Assembly: GCA_965197645.1 (NCBI GenBank)
Contig: OZ240219.1
Span: 448,001-512,000 of the forward strand
Direction: 5' to 3'
DNA length: 64,000 nt
Source: Dehalococcoidia bacterium
GTDB taxonomy: Bacteria > Chloroflexota > Dehalococcoidia > Plut-88900
The position numbers and the translations under genes are program-made. The notes beneath the pieces were generated by a model, which was given only the letters and a program-made list of their open reading frames with translations, was not told the origin of the DNA and made no database searches. Positions 1 to 10,461 of the stretch are shown here, piece by piece. Each line of letters opens with the position of its first letter. Position 1 is the stretch's first letter.

Positions 1-12
1 TAGTATGGCCAC
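1..12 (-). CDS. atpC: probable start of ATP synthase epsilon subunit (runs off window)
   Basis: GTG GCC ATA CTA (MAIL...) downstream of atpD with GGAG upstream; call rests mainly on operon position, only 4 codons visible. Confidence 0.35.
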
Positions 13-59
13 TGTAGTGTCAGCTCCAGACTTGCCAAGCTATGGAAAAGGCCTCTCGC

Positions 60-1472
<1,413 letters not shown>

Positions 1473-1576
1473 TCAGAAATTTAGCTGGGACCGATGGGAC
1501 AGATGCTCTATGCCTCTGATAGTTCTTGCCTATGAATCCCCAACTTCAGCCGCTGTATCTACAGATGAAATCAGGT

Positions 1577-2440
1577 CTACCCCTCCAGTGCCGCCACCCC
1601 GCCGGTGATATCGAGTAGGTCGGTTGTGATTGCCTCTTGCCGGGCCTTGTTGTACACCAGGGTAAGGTCCTGGATCATATCGTTGGCATTCTCGGTTGCG
1701 TTGCGCATCGCCACCATCCGGGCCGACTGCTCGCTGGCGATGGCCTCCAGCACGGCCTCATAGACCTGCATCTCTACGAACCGGGGCAGCAACTCGCCCA
1801 GCACCTGGAGACTGTCGGGCTCGTAGATGTAACCGGCCCCGACGGACCCCTCGGCTGTCACCGGCTCTATGGGAAGAATCCGGGTCATCATAGGCCGTTG
1901 GACGGCGGTGGTCACAAACTTGGGGTAGGAGAGGTATACGCTGTCGGCGGAGCCCTTGGTGTAGTCGTCTATCACAATACGGGCGATAGGCAGAATGTCC
2001 AACAAGGCCGGCCGATCGCCAAGATCGGTGAAGACCGCCTTCACGTTCCGCCCGAACCGGGTCATGAAGTCCCGGCCCTTACTCCCGACGGTAACCAGGG
2101 TGGACTCGGCGCCGTTCCCGTTCAGCATGAAGCTGCTGGCCGATCGGTTGACGTTGGCCACCAGCCCTCCGCACAGGCCCCTATCCGGGGTGATGTGTAT
2201 GATCTCCGTGTTACGGATCTCCCGCTTCTCCAGGAGGGGATGAGCGCCCTCTCCCTCCTGGGGTTGGGACGCCAGGTGGGAAAGCATTTCCACCATCTTC
2301 TCGGCATACGGCCTGGCGGCCAGGACCCGCTCTTGGGCACGTCTCATCTTAGACGCGGCCACCAACTCCATCGCCCGGGTTATCTTCGCCGTATTTTCGA
2401 CGCTGCGGATGCGCCGTCTTATCAGTCTTATATTGGCCAT
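1577..2440 (-). CDS. atpG: F1 ATP synthase gamma subunit
   Basis: KITRAMELVAASK, DRGLCGG, ARMVAMRNAT, YNKARQEAIT. Confidence 0.99.
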   Translation of the reverse strand: MANIRLIRRRIRSVENTAKITRAMELVAASKMRRAQERVLAARPYAEKMVEMLSHLASQPQEGEGAHPLLEKREIRNTEIIHITPDRGLCGGLVANVNRSASSFMLNGNGAESTLVTVGSKGRDFMTRFGRNVKAVFTDLGDRPALLDILPIARIVIDDYTKGSADSVYLSYPKFVTTAVQRPMMTRILPIEPVTAEGSVGAGYIYEPDSLQVLGELLPRFVEMQVYEAVLEAIASEQSARMVAMRNATENANDMIQDLTLVYNKARQEAITTDLLDITGGVAALEG

Positions 2441-2455
2441 CTACAGGTCTCTGTG

Positions 2456-3964
2456 CTAGTAGGTCCCAGCCTGCTTGAACTCTTCGATAGCTTTGTCCAG
2501 CGATTCGGCCACGTCATCGGGAATGTCCTTGGATTCGGCAACCTTTTTGGCTATGTCCGGGTGACTGGCCTGCATAAACTGGTGGAATCCGGTCTCGAAG
2601 CCGCTCACCTTCTCCACGGGTACGTCGTCCATGTAGCCGTTGATAGCAGCGTATATGATCATCACCTGCTGCTCGAGGGGCACCGGCACGTACTGGCCCT
2701 GCTTCAGGATCTCCGTTATCCTCTGGCCTCTCTCAAGCTGCCTTCGAGTGGCGGCGTCCAAGTCCGCCGTGCCGAACTGGGCAAAAGCGGCAAGCTCTCT
2801 GAACTGGGCCAGGTCCAGCCGCAGCCTTCCCGCCACCTTCTTCATAGCCCTGGTCTGGGCCGCACCGCCAACCCTGGACACCGAGAGACCCACGTTCATC
2901 GCCGGCCTCTGACCGGCGTTGAAAAGGTCGGTCTCCAGGTAGATCTGTCCATCGGTGATGGAGATGACGTTGGTCGGTACGTAGGCCGACACGTCGCCGG
3001 CCTGGGTCTCGATTATCGGCAGCGCCGTAAGCGACCCGCCACCCAATGACTCGTCCAGCTTGGCCGCTCGCTCCAGCAACCGGCTGTGAAGGTAGAACAC
3101 GTCGCCGGGGTAGGCTTCACGGCCCGGCGGCCTGCGCAGAAGCAGGGACACCTGCCTGTATGCCCAAGCGTGCTTCGATAGATCGTCGTAGATGATAAGG
3201 GCGTCCTTGCCCTCTTCCATGAACTGCTCGCCGATGGAGCAGCCGGCGTAGGGAGCTATGTACTGCATGGGCGCTGGGTCCGAGGCGTTGGCCGAGACCA
3301 CCAAGGTGTGCTCCATTGCCCCATACTGCTCCAGCAGGGCCGCCGTCTGGGCCACTTTGGAAGCCTTCTGCCCGATGGCGACGTAGATGCAGACCAGGTC
3401 TCCGCCTTTCTGATTGATAATGGTGTCTATGGCGATGGCCGATTTGCCCGTGGAGCGGTCTCCGATGATCAGCTCCCGCTGTCCCCTGCCGATGGGAATC
3501 ATGCTATCGATGGCCTTGATCCCCGTCTGCACCGGCGTGTCCACCGAGCTCCGGCTAACGACGTTGGGCGCTACAATCTCCACCGGCCGGGTCTTGCTTG
3601 CGTTGATGGGCCCTCGTCCGTCGATGGGCTCGCCCAGCGAGTTGATCACCCGGCCTATCAGACCTTCCCCTACCGGCACCTCTGCGATACGGCCCGTAGA
3701 GCGGACTTCGTCACCCTCCTTGAGCTCCGAGTCCTCTCCAAGGATGATGGCCCCCACAGTCTCTTCCTCAAGGTTCAGGGCCATGGCCGTGACGCCGTTG
3801 GGGAACGTAAGGAGCTCGTTGGACTTGACGCCCGATAGGCCGTGGATCCTGGCGATGCCGTCCCCAACCTCCACCACCGTCCCCACGTCCACCATCGCCA
3901 CTTCGGCGCCGAACTCCTCTATCTGCTGTTTGATTATGGAAGCTATGTCTTGAGAACCTACCAT
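2456..3964 (-). CDS. atpA: F1 ATP synthase alpha subunit
   Basis: [41 protein letters not shown]. Confidence 0.99.
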   Translation of the reverse strand: MVGSQDIASIIKQQIEEFGAEVAMVDVGTVVEVGDGIARIHGLSGVKSNELLTFPNGVTAMALNLEEETVGAIILGEDSELKEGDEVRSTGRIAEVPVGEGLIGRVINSLGEPIDGRGPINASKTRPVEIVAPNVVSRSSVDTPVQTGIKAIDSMIPIGRGQRELIIGDRSTGKSAIAIDTIINQKGGDLVCIYVAIGQKASKVAQTAALLEQYGAMEHTLVVSANASDPAPMQYIAPYAGCSIGEQFMEEGKDALIIYDDLSKHAWAYRQVSLLLRRPPGREAYPGDVFYLHSRLLERAAKLDESLGGGSLTALPIIETQAGDVSAYVPTNVISITDGQIYLETDLFNAGQRPAMNVGLSVSRVGGAAQTRAMKKVAGRLRLDLAQFRELAAFAQFGTADLDAATRRQLERGQRITEILKQGQYVPVPLEQQVMIIYAAINGYMDDVPVEKVSGFETGFHQFMQASHPDIAKKVAESKDIPDDVAESLDKAIEEFKQAGTY

Positions 3965-4025
3965 GGTCCCAGCCTTTCCATCATCACTGTAGTCTTCAGC
4001 TCAGTCGGGTTTACTCGGGTCAAAA

Positions 4026-4556
4026 TCAGCTAACGAGGGTCTTCTTCAGCTCTTCGAGCTTCGTTCTGGTGCTGCCGTCCAGAAGCCGGTCGCCTATCTT
4101 CACCACCAGCCCACCGATCAGGTCAGAGTCGGTATCGGTAGACAGGGAAATCTCCTTACCCGTCGCCTGCGCCAACTGTTCGGCGATGTGCCCCTTGGTT
4201 GTATCGTCCAGGGGCAGGGCTGCGGTGACCTCCACCGATTGAAGACCGCGGTGGGCGTTGACCAGGTTTCGGAATTTATCGGCGATCTGGGGCGCCAGGC
4301 CTGCTCTGAGCTTGGTAACCAGCAGACTGGCCAGGTTCAGCGCCAGCGGCGACGATCCGGAAAGCTGTTTCTGTACAAGCTCCAGCTTCACGTCCGGTCG
4401 CACTTTGGGACTCTCCAGGACCGATCTGAACAGGGCGTTCTGCATGGCGGAGGCCAGAGCGTCCAGATCGCTCTGCCACTGGTCCATGTCGTCCCGCTCC
4501 AGAGCGATCTCGAAGACCGCCTGGGCGTACCTTCTCGCCGAGCCCCTGCCTGCCAT
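4026..4556 (-). CDS. atpH: ATP synthase delta subunit
   Basis: ARRYAQAVF N-terminus, LIGGLVVKIGDRLLDGS C-terminus; operon position. Confidence 0.97.
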   Translation of the reverse strand: MAGRGSARRYAQAVFEIALERDDMDQWQSDLDALASAMQNALFRSVLESPKVRPDVKLELVQKQLSGSSPLALNLASLLVTKLRAGLAPQIADKFRNLVNAHRGLQSVEVTAALPLDDTTKGHIAEQLAQATGKEISLSTDTDSDLIGGLVVKIGDRLLDGSTRTKLEELKKTLVS

Positions 4557-4604
4557 ACCAGCTACTTCCCTGTTCCTTCTTTCGTGCTCCCGGCCACCGG
4601 TCCC

Positions 4605-5138
4605 CTAATCCTCGTTCTTTGCCGCTTCCCGGCCATTACCGTTCGTCTTGGCGCCGATGTTCTCCTCCAGCACGTCCTCGATCAGCCTGCGATGCTGCTC
4701 CTCGTCCAACGAGGCGTTTATCACCTTCTCGGCGGCGGAGATAGCCAGTCCGGCGAATTCCTGGCGTACCTTTTCGACGGCGTCGTCCCGTTCTCTCTGT
4801 ATCTCACCCCGGGCGCGAACGATCAGGGCCTCGCCTTCCTGCTGGGCCTGGTCCCTCGCCTCACCCTTGATCCGCTCCCCGATTTCTGCGGCCTCGCCGA
4901 TCAGCTTCTGGCCTTCCCTGCGGGCCTCGTCCAGGCTCTTCTTGACCTCTTCCTCGCTCTTCGCCGTCTCCTGCTGCATCTTCTCGGCGGCTTCAAGGCT
5001 CTCCTTGATCCGGCCCGAGCGCCGTTCCAGCATCCGCAGTATGGGTTTGTACAGGATGAGGCGAAGTATGATCAGCACCAACAGAACGTTTATCACCTGG
5101 ACGATGAGACCAGGCAGGTTTATTCCCAACTCACCCAC
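4605..5138 (-). CDS. atpF: ATP synthase F0 subunit b
   Basis: N-terminal TM (QVINVLLVLIIL...YKPI) followed by charged coiled coil, AISAAEKVI. Confidence 0.97.
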   Translation of the reverse strand: MGELGINLPGLIVQVINVLLVLIILRLILYKPILRMLERRSGRIKESLEAAEKMQQETAKSEEEVKKSLDEARREGQKLIGEAAEIGERIKGEARDQAQQEGEALIVRARGEIQRERDDAVEKVRQEFAGLAISAAEKVINASLDEEQHRRLIEDVLEENIGAKTNGNGREAAKNED

Positions 5139-5185
5139 TTGCCTCTCCTCTCAGCCAACATACGTCTTTCGTCATCTTTGTCCCA

Positions 5186-5479
<294 letters not shown>

Positions 5480-5494
5480 CTACGTGTTTGGTCC

Positions 5495-6715
5495 TTAGCC
5501 CTGTTCGTTCTCCGTTACGGGCTCAGGCGTCTCGTCTTCATGGGTCTCTTCACCGTGTCCATTGTGTGCCGCCATCGCTATCATCGCGAATATGAGCACC
5601 AGTATCGAGAATATAACGGCCTGGATGAAGCCGACAAATAGCTCCAGCCCGTAGAAGGGCACTACCAGCGCCAGCGGAATCAGGAAGCTCATGACGAAGA
5701 TGAGGATCTCCCCGGCGAACATGTTGCCAAAGAGACGGAAGGTGAAGCTGATCACCCTGGCGATCTCACTGACGCCTTCCAGCAGTCCCACAAAGATGTT
5801 CATCAGGCCCGTTCCGATGCCCTTTCGCAACGAGCCTATAGCAACGAACTTGCTGGCGTAGCCGAAGAAGCCCAGCGCTCGAATGCCCCAGAACTCCACC
5901 ATGACCATGCCGATAATCGCTATGGCCAGCGTCGTGTTCAACGCCGTGTTGGTGTTTCTGAAGAAGGGCACTATCAGCCCGACGTTCTTGCCTTCCTCCG
6001 GGGGATGTTCCAGGTACTCGGCCGCGGACATGGTCTGATCATGGAGGCTCAGGGGGAGGATGGAGAAGACGCTCACCTCGTCCAATAGCTGTAGCTCTTT
6101 CTCCTCCAGCTCCTCGAATATCGCCGCGCCTACGGGCAGCTCCTCCTGGTGGGCGATCCGGTCCTCGGGACTCAGGTGCACGTACTCCTCCAGCTGCTCC
6201 TCGGCCTCGTGCAGAGTGAGGTGGGGCTCGGCTTCCTCGGCCTTCTCCTCCACCACGTGCTCTATGACCACGTCCGCCGATTCGATGACTCCGACAGTGT
6301 TAAAGCCGGGGAGGAGGCTGATCCAGTTGTTGACAATGACAAAGAGGAAGATGGTGGCTACCAGCGGGAAGAATTTACGTGCGTTCTTGGGCCCGGCTAT
6401 CGCCTCTACCAGCCCGTAAAACCACCCGATGACCGCCTCGACGAAGTTCTGCCACCCGTTGGGAATCAGGCCCATCTTCCGCGTGGCAAAGAAGGCCATG
6501 AGGAGCAGGAGGGCCATGCCAACCCACGCAGAGATCATGGTGTTGGTGATGTTGAAGTCGCCCAGTGGGCCCAGGGGGAACAGATGGTGGGCTATCTTTT
6601 CGGGCTTGACGGATATCGGCGGGAAGGGAAATCTGAGGAGGGTCTGACCCAATACCAAAGAGCCCAGCGCCAAGATTACGATCGCCAGCACCTTTGGTCG
6701 GAGCAGTATGCCCAC
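5495..6715 (-). CDS. atpB: ATP synthase F0 subunit a with long acidic loop insertion
   Basis: NWISLLPG, SFTFRLFGNMFAGE, FIQAVIF; start moved to GTG at 6715 behind AAGGAG. Confidence 0.96.
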   Translation of the reverse strand: MGILLRPKVLAIVILALGSLVLGQTLLRFPFPPISVKPEKIAHHLFPLGPLGDFNITNTMISAWVGMALLLLMAFFATRKMGLIPNGWQNFVEAVIGWFYGLVEAIAGPKNARKFFPLVATIFLFVIVNNWISLLPGFNTVGVIESADVVIEHVVEEKAEEAEPHLTLHEAEEQLEEYVHLSPEDRIAHQEELPVGAAIFEELEEKELQLLDEVSVFSILPLSLHDQTMSAAEYLEHPPEEGKNVGLIVPFFRNTNTALNTTLAIAIIGMVMVEFWGIRALGFFGYASKFVAIGSLRKGIGTGLMNIFVGLLEGVSEIARVISFTFRLFGNMFAGEILIFVMSFLIPLALVVPFYGLELFVGFIQAVIFSILVLIFAMIAMAAHNGHGEETHEDETPEPVTENEQG

Positions 6716-6948
6716 TAGCTGTTCTCCTTGCCTCGTCGGTTTGTTTTGAGCAGCGGGGCTATCATCCGGTATATCCCGAAGCAAGCTACCGTCAGCCCCA
6801 AGGCCAGTCCCAACAAGGTAAAGAGGGGAGAGACTTCAATCCAGCCGTCCAGCAACAGTCCCAGGACCAGTCCGCCTATCAGCGCGGCGACTACAAACCA
6901 CCCCAGTCCCAAAAGCCGCAAGACCTCCGCCCACTGATTGTTTCTCAC
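6715..6948 (-). CDS. AtpZ/AtpI-family small membrane protein
   Basis: Two TM helices with GLLLDGW...SPLFTLLGLALG motif; first gene of atp operon. Confidence 0.85.
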   Translation of the reverse strand: MRNNQWAEVLRLLGLGWFVVAALIGGLVLGLLLDGWIEVSPLFTLLGLALGLTVACFGIYRMIAPLLKTNRRGKENS

Positions 6949-6969
6949 CTCTCCCGCTCCAGTTCGTGC

Positions 6970-6997
6970 ATTGTATCACATACTTTCGTCAAGTCAA
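6970..6997 (-). promoter_or_regulatory. sigma70-type promoter of atp operon
   Basis: TTGACT-16 bp-TACAAT with extended TG. Confidence 0.6.
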
Positions 6998-7002
6998 TCA
7001 AC

Positions 7003-7026
7003 AAAAAAGCGCTCCTCTTGGAGCGC
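7003..7026 (-). terminator. intrinsic terminator
   Basis: GCGCTCC-AAGA-GGAGCGC followed by TTTTTT downstream of the DUF151 gene. Confidence 0.8.
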
Positions 7027-7076
7027 CGTCTGTAACCGAGCGAGATGTACGAGGGAAAGATCGCCGGACCGTCCGC

Positions 7077-7667
7077 TTACTTCTCCTCCTCGTTCCCCTT
7101 GCCCTCCTCTTTTTCCGCCTCCTTAGAACCGCTTTTGCCGAAGTCTTCCAGGTCCAGGCCATCGACGAAGTCCTGGAACGCTGAAAGCCGCTTCAGCTCC
7201 TCCTCGCTCAGCGGTTTGGTCGGGTCCTGGTCCGTCTCTGAGGCGATGATCGGCTTACCGGTCTCCTTGTCCAGGATGACCCCCGCCTTGTCCAGCACTG
7301 CCTCTTCTACGAAGATGGGCACCTTGACCCGGACCGCCAGAGCGATGGCGTCGCTGGGCCTGGAGTCCACCTCGACGGTGCTGCCGTTTTTCTCCAGCAT
7401 GATCTTGGCGTAGAAGGTATCGTTGCTCAGATCGGACACGATGATGGAGCTGACGGCGCCCCCCAGGTCATTGATGACCGATTGCAGAAGATCGTGGGTG
7501 AGAGGCCGGGGAACGGAAACGTCCTGGAGCTTGACGGCTATCGCATCGGCTTCTGCGGGCCCAATCCAGATGGGGAGGTATCTATCCGATTCCTTCTCCT
7601 TGAGAATGACCACGCGCTGATAGTTCATCAGGCTTACGCGAATGCTCTCTATGCTCATCTCCTGCAT
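7077..7667 (-). CDS. bifunctional nuclease family (DUF151) protein
   Basis: LPIWIGPAEA, RPLTHDL, DSRPSDAIALA motifs. Confidence 0.95.
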   Translation of the reverse strand: MQEMSIESIRVSLMNYQRVVILKEKESDRYLPIWIGPAEADAIAVKLQDVSVPRPLTHDLLQSVINDLGGAVSSIIVSDLSNDTFYAKIMLEKNGSTVEVDSRPSDAIALAVRVKVPIFVEEAVLDKAGVILDKETGKPIIASETDQDPTKPLSEEELKRLSAFQDFVDGLDLEDFGKSGSKEAEKEEGKGNEEEK

Positions 7668-7703
7668 TGAGTGGCTCCTCCGGGCCTTAGACCCGCTCAG
7701 ACA

Positions 7704-7732
7704 ATTCTAAATCTCCCCCTCTGGGGTGTCAA
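7704..7732 (-). promoter_or_regulatory. sigma70-type promoter
   Basis: TTGACA-17 bp-TAGAAT upstream of DUF151 gene. Confidence 0.7.
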
Positions 7733-7786
7733 CGACCGCTGCCATTGACGGTAGTACCGTATGACTCTACTCATCACTTCCGAGGC

Positions 7787-8989
7787 CTATTCATCGCTCC
7801 CTGGGATGGGACTGGGCAACGCCTCGATCTCCTCGTCCGATAGGCTCAACAGGTCCGTCAGAACCTGGGCGGTATGCTCTCCCAGGGCCGGAGCGGCGGC
7901 CTCCGGCTTTGGATTGGAGCGGGACATCTTCAGCGGCGAATTGACCACCTTCAGCGGGCCCAACCGCGGGTGTTGGACCTGGGCGATCATGCCCCGTTCC
8001 AGGACATGAGGATCGTTGGCCACCTGCTCGATGTTGTTGATAGGCCCGCAGGGAATCGCCGCATCGGTCAGCTCCTTCAGCCACTCCTCGGACGTCTTTT
8101 GCTTCAGCGCATCGGTCAGGATGGGTATCAGCTCGTCGTAGTTGTTCGTTCGGGACCAGCTGGTCTGGAACCGCTGGTCGTCTATCAGGTCCACCCTTTC
8201 GATGATGGCGCAGAACAGGGGCCACTGGTCCTTGGCCCCGCCAACAAATGCGATGGTGATGTACCCGTCGCTGGTCTCGAATGCCTGGAATGGCGTGGTA
8301 ACCGGATGCCTGGTCCCCAGCGGGCCGGGCACCTCGCCGGTGGCAAAGTACCTGGCGAAAGCGTTCTCCAGCACGGCCAGCTGACAATCGAGCATGGAGA
8401 CATCGATGTACTGGCCCTCGCCGCTTTCCTCCCGCTCTCGCAGGGCGGACAGGATCCCGATCACGGTGAACAGGCCCGCCACGATATCTCCGAAGGATGA
8501 TCCCGGCCTGACGGGCGGCCCGCCAGGCTCACCCGTAATGCTCATCACACCGCCCATGCCCTGCACTATGATATCCAGGGCCGGACGATGGGTGTAAGGA
8601 CCCGTCTGTCCAAACCCCGAGACCGATGCGTAGATAATGCGAGGATTCCGCTCCCTCACCGCTTCGTACCCCAGGCCCAGCCGGTCTATCACTCCCGGCA
8701 CGAAGTTTTCCACCAGAACGTCGCACTGTTCTATCAGGTCCAGCAGTATTTCCCTCCCCCCGCTTGACTTCAGATCAAGTACCACGCTCTTCTTGCCCCG
8801 GTTGAGGCTGAGGAAGTAGGAGCTCTCTCCACCTATGAAGGGGCCGGTACCCCGGGCCATATCACCGCCCTCCGGCCTTTCCACTTTGATCACCTCCGCC
8901 CCAAGATCGGAGAGCACCATTGTGGCGTAAGGCCCTGCCAGGACCCGTGTCATATCCAACACCCTGATCCCTTCGAGTGGTCCAGCCAT
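7787..8989 (-). CDS. CaiB/BaiF family (class III) CoA-transferase
   Basis: PLEGIRVLD, LGAEVIKVE, NRGKKS, ENFVPG, catalytic GDIVAG. Confidence 0.95.
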   Translation of the reverse strand: MAGPLEGIRVLDMTRVLAGPYATMVLSDLGAEVIKVERPEGGDMARGTGPFIGGESSYFLSLNRGKKSVVLDLKSSGGREILLDLIEQCDVLVENFVPGVIDRLGLGYEAVRERNPRIIYASVSGFGQTGPYTHRPALDIIVQGMGGVMSITGEPGGPPVRPGSSFGDIVAGLFTVIGILSALREREESGEGQYIDVSMLDCQLAVLENAFARYFATGEVPGPLGTRHPVTTPFQAFETSDGYITIAFVGGAKDQWPLFCAIIERVDLIDDQRFQTSWSRTNNYDELIPILTDALKQKTSEEWLKELTDAAIPCGPINNIEQVANDPHVLERGMIAQVQHPRLGPLKVVNSPLKMSRSNPKPEAAAPALGEHTAQVLTDLLSLSDEEIEALPSPIPGSDE

Positions 8990-9040
8990 CAGCTTCTCCT
9001 AGTCTTTCCAAGAATATGCCGTCATAATAACCGATGCCCC

Positions 9041-10321
9041 TCACTCCGCCAGCAGCTTCAGGAGCTCCTTATGGCTGCCTAAGCCGGACACCATCTCGAT
9101 GAACTCCTTGATGGTGTTGCTGCGCCCCCGCACCGCGGCCACCTGACCGCCTATGGGGCTCACGACCGAGTGGTCGTCGGCGTAGGTCCCGTGAAAGGCG
9201 AACCAGGCCTGGTTGAGCCTCCGAAAGTAGTACCCGTTTTCCTGGAGGAACAGCCGGCGCTCCTCCAGGTATTGCTCCGCTTCATCTATCTTTCCCTGGG
9301 CCAACAGCCCGTCGGCACGAATCCGGGTCTTCCTCATCTCCATAACGTAGTCGAAGGGGTCACCCTCGGCGGCGTGCCCACCGCTATCGATGGGTTCGGG
9401 CATCAGTTCGGCGTAGTATGTCTCGTATACGATGGCGCCGACCTCGTCGCCTATGACGTTGGCGATGGTCTCGTTGATCGTGGTCATGTCCACCGTCTTC
9501 CAGTAGCTCCGGCCCAGCGGGAAGAACACCATGTAGTGATGGACCCACTCGTGGGCTACTATCCGCAGCGTACGTCTAATCGATTGGGACCGGGATATGA
9601 CGCTGGGAAAGGTTGCCACTCCCCCGGGACCGGCCACCAGGGCTGAGAGCTCCCCTCCCTGCTCAATCCCGTCCTCGATATCCTGGGCATCCTCCAGCCC
9701 GATCCCCGGTTCCAGCAATCGGGTGGCCACCAGCTCGATCCTCTCTCGCGGCGAAACGGCAAGCAGCCGCGGCGAATCTCCGAACCGGAAATCCACCGGT
9801 GGGAAAAGGTACCCGTCCGAGCCTCCGAAAGGCAGATTCCAGGATAGCCCCAACTCCGATAGCACCTTGCTGACCTGCCCCTCTATGGTCTTCTCCACGT
9901 CTGCCTGCAGATCACTCCGCCGGCTGTCCAGCTCGTCCCTCGCCAATACCGATCCACTCAAGTCCCCTAGACCGGTCGATGCTGCCCGCTCTATCTCTCG
10001 GTCTAGCACCGCAATCTCGGCGCTCAACCTGAAGTATTCCCGCACCTCGAGCAGCCGCTGCTCCTCGGTGCGGTCCCCTATCCCGAACAGCGACGTGAGC
10101 TCATGGGTCCACTTATCGAGAAAGTTCCTCAGCTCCCAGGAAACCAGGCGGTAGCCGCGGTCCCCTATCGCACTGCTCAAGACGTCCCGTTTTTCGGGCC
10201 CGCTGGCGAGGAAGACGGCCGGCAGCACGAATACCAGGGCCAGCAACAACCACCGCACTCCTGGAGTCCGGAGTGCCGCCCAGACGGCTCGGCGAGCCGG
10301 TTGCCACGCCCTAGCGTTCAC
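9041..10321 (-). CDS. membrane-anchored hypothetical protein with HEXXH motif (putative zinc peptidase)
   Basis: N-terminal TM; AHEWVHH followed by downstream NE (INETIA), gluzincin-like. Confidence 0.6.
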   Translation of the reverse strand: MNARAWQPARRAVWAALRTPGVRWLLLALVFVLPAVFLASGPEKRDVLSSAIGDRGYRLVSWELRNFLDKWTHELTSLFGIGDRTEEQRLLEVREYFRLSAEIAVLDREIERAASTGLGDLSGSVLARDELDSRRSDLQADVEKTIEGQVSKVLSELGLSWNLPFGGSDGYLFPPVDFRFGDSPRLLAVSPRERIELVATRLLEPGIGLEDAQDIEDGIEQGGELSALVAGPGGVATFPSVISRSQSIRRTLRIVAHEWVHHYMVFFPLGRSYWKTVDMTTINETIANVIGDEVGAIVYETYYAELMPEPIDSGGHAAEGDPFDYVMEMRKTRIRADGLLAQGKIDEAEQYLEERRLFLQENGYYFRRLNQAWFAFHGTYADDHSVVSPIGGQVAAVRGRSNTIKEFIEMVSGLGSHKELLKLLAE

Positions 10322-10461
10322 GAAGTAGCACCTCCCGTATCCATCTTAACGAACTTAACGAATTCGAAGTGGCGCGAAATTCCTCCAACGGCCAACCTTG
10401 CGGGGAGGAAACGGCTAGACTAAAATAATCGTGCCCTATACCCCCAGCGAAGGTGGCATTC

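Noticed and set aside
1637-3049. Long + strand ORF (470 aa) and similar long antisense ORFs (e.g. 16003-17817, 32796-34121, 51320-52585)
   Set aside because: Shadow frames opposite well-conserved genes in GC-rich DNA; no motifs or RBS
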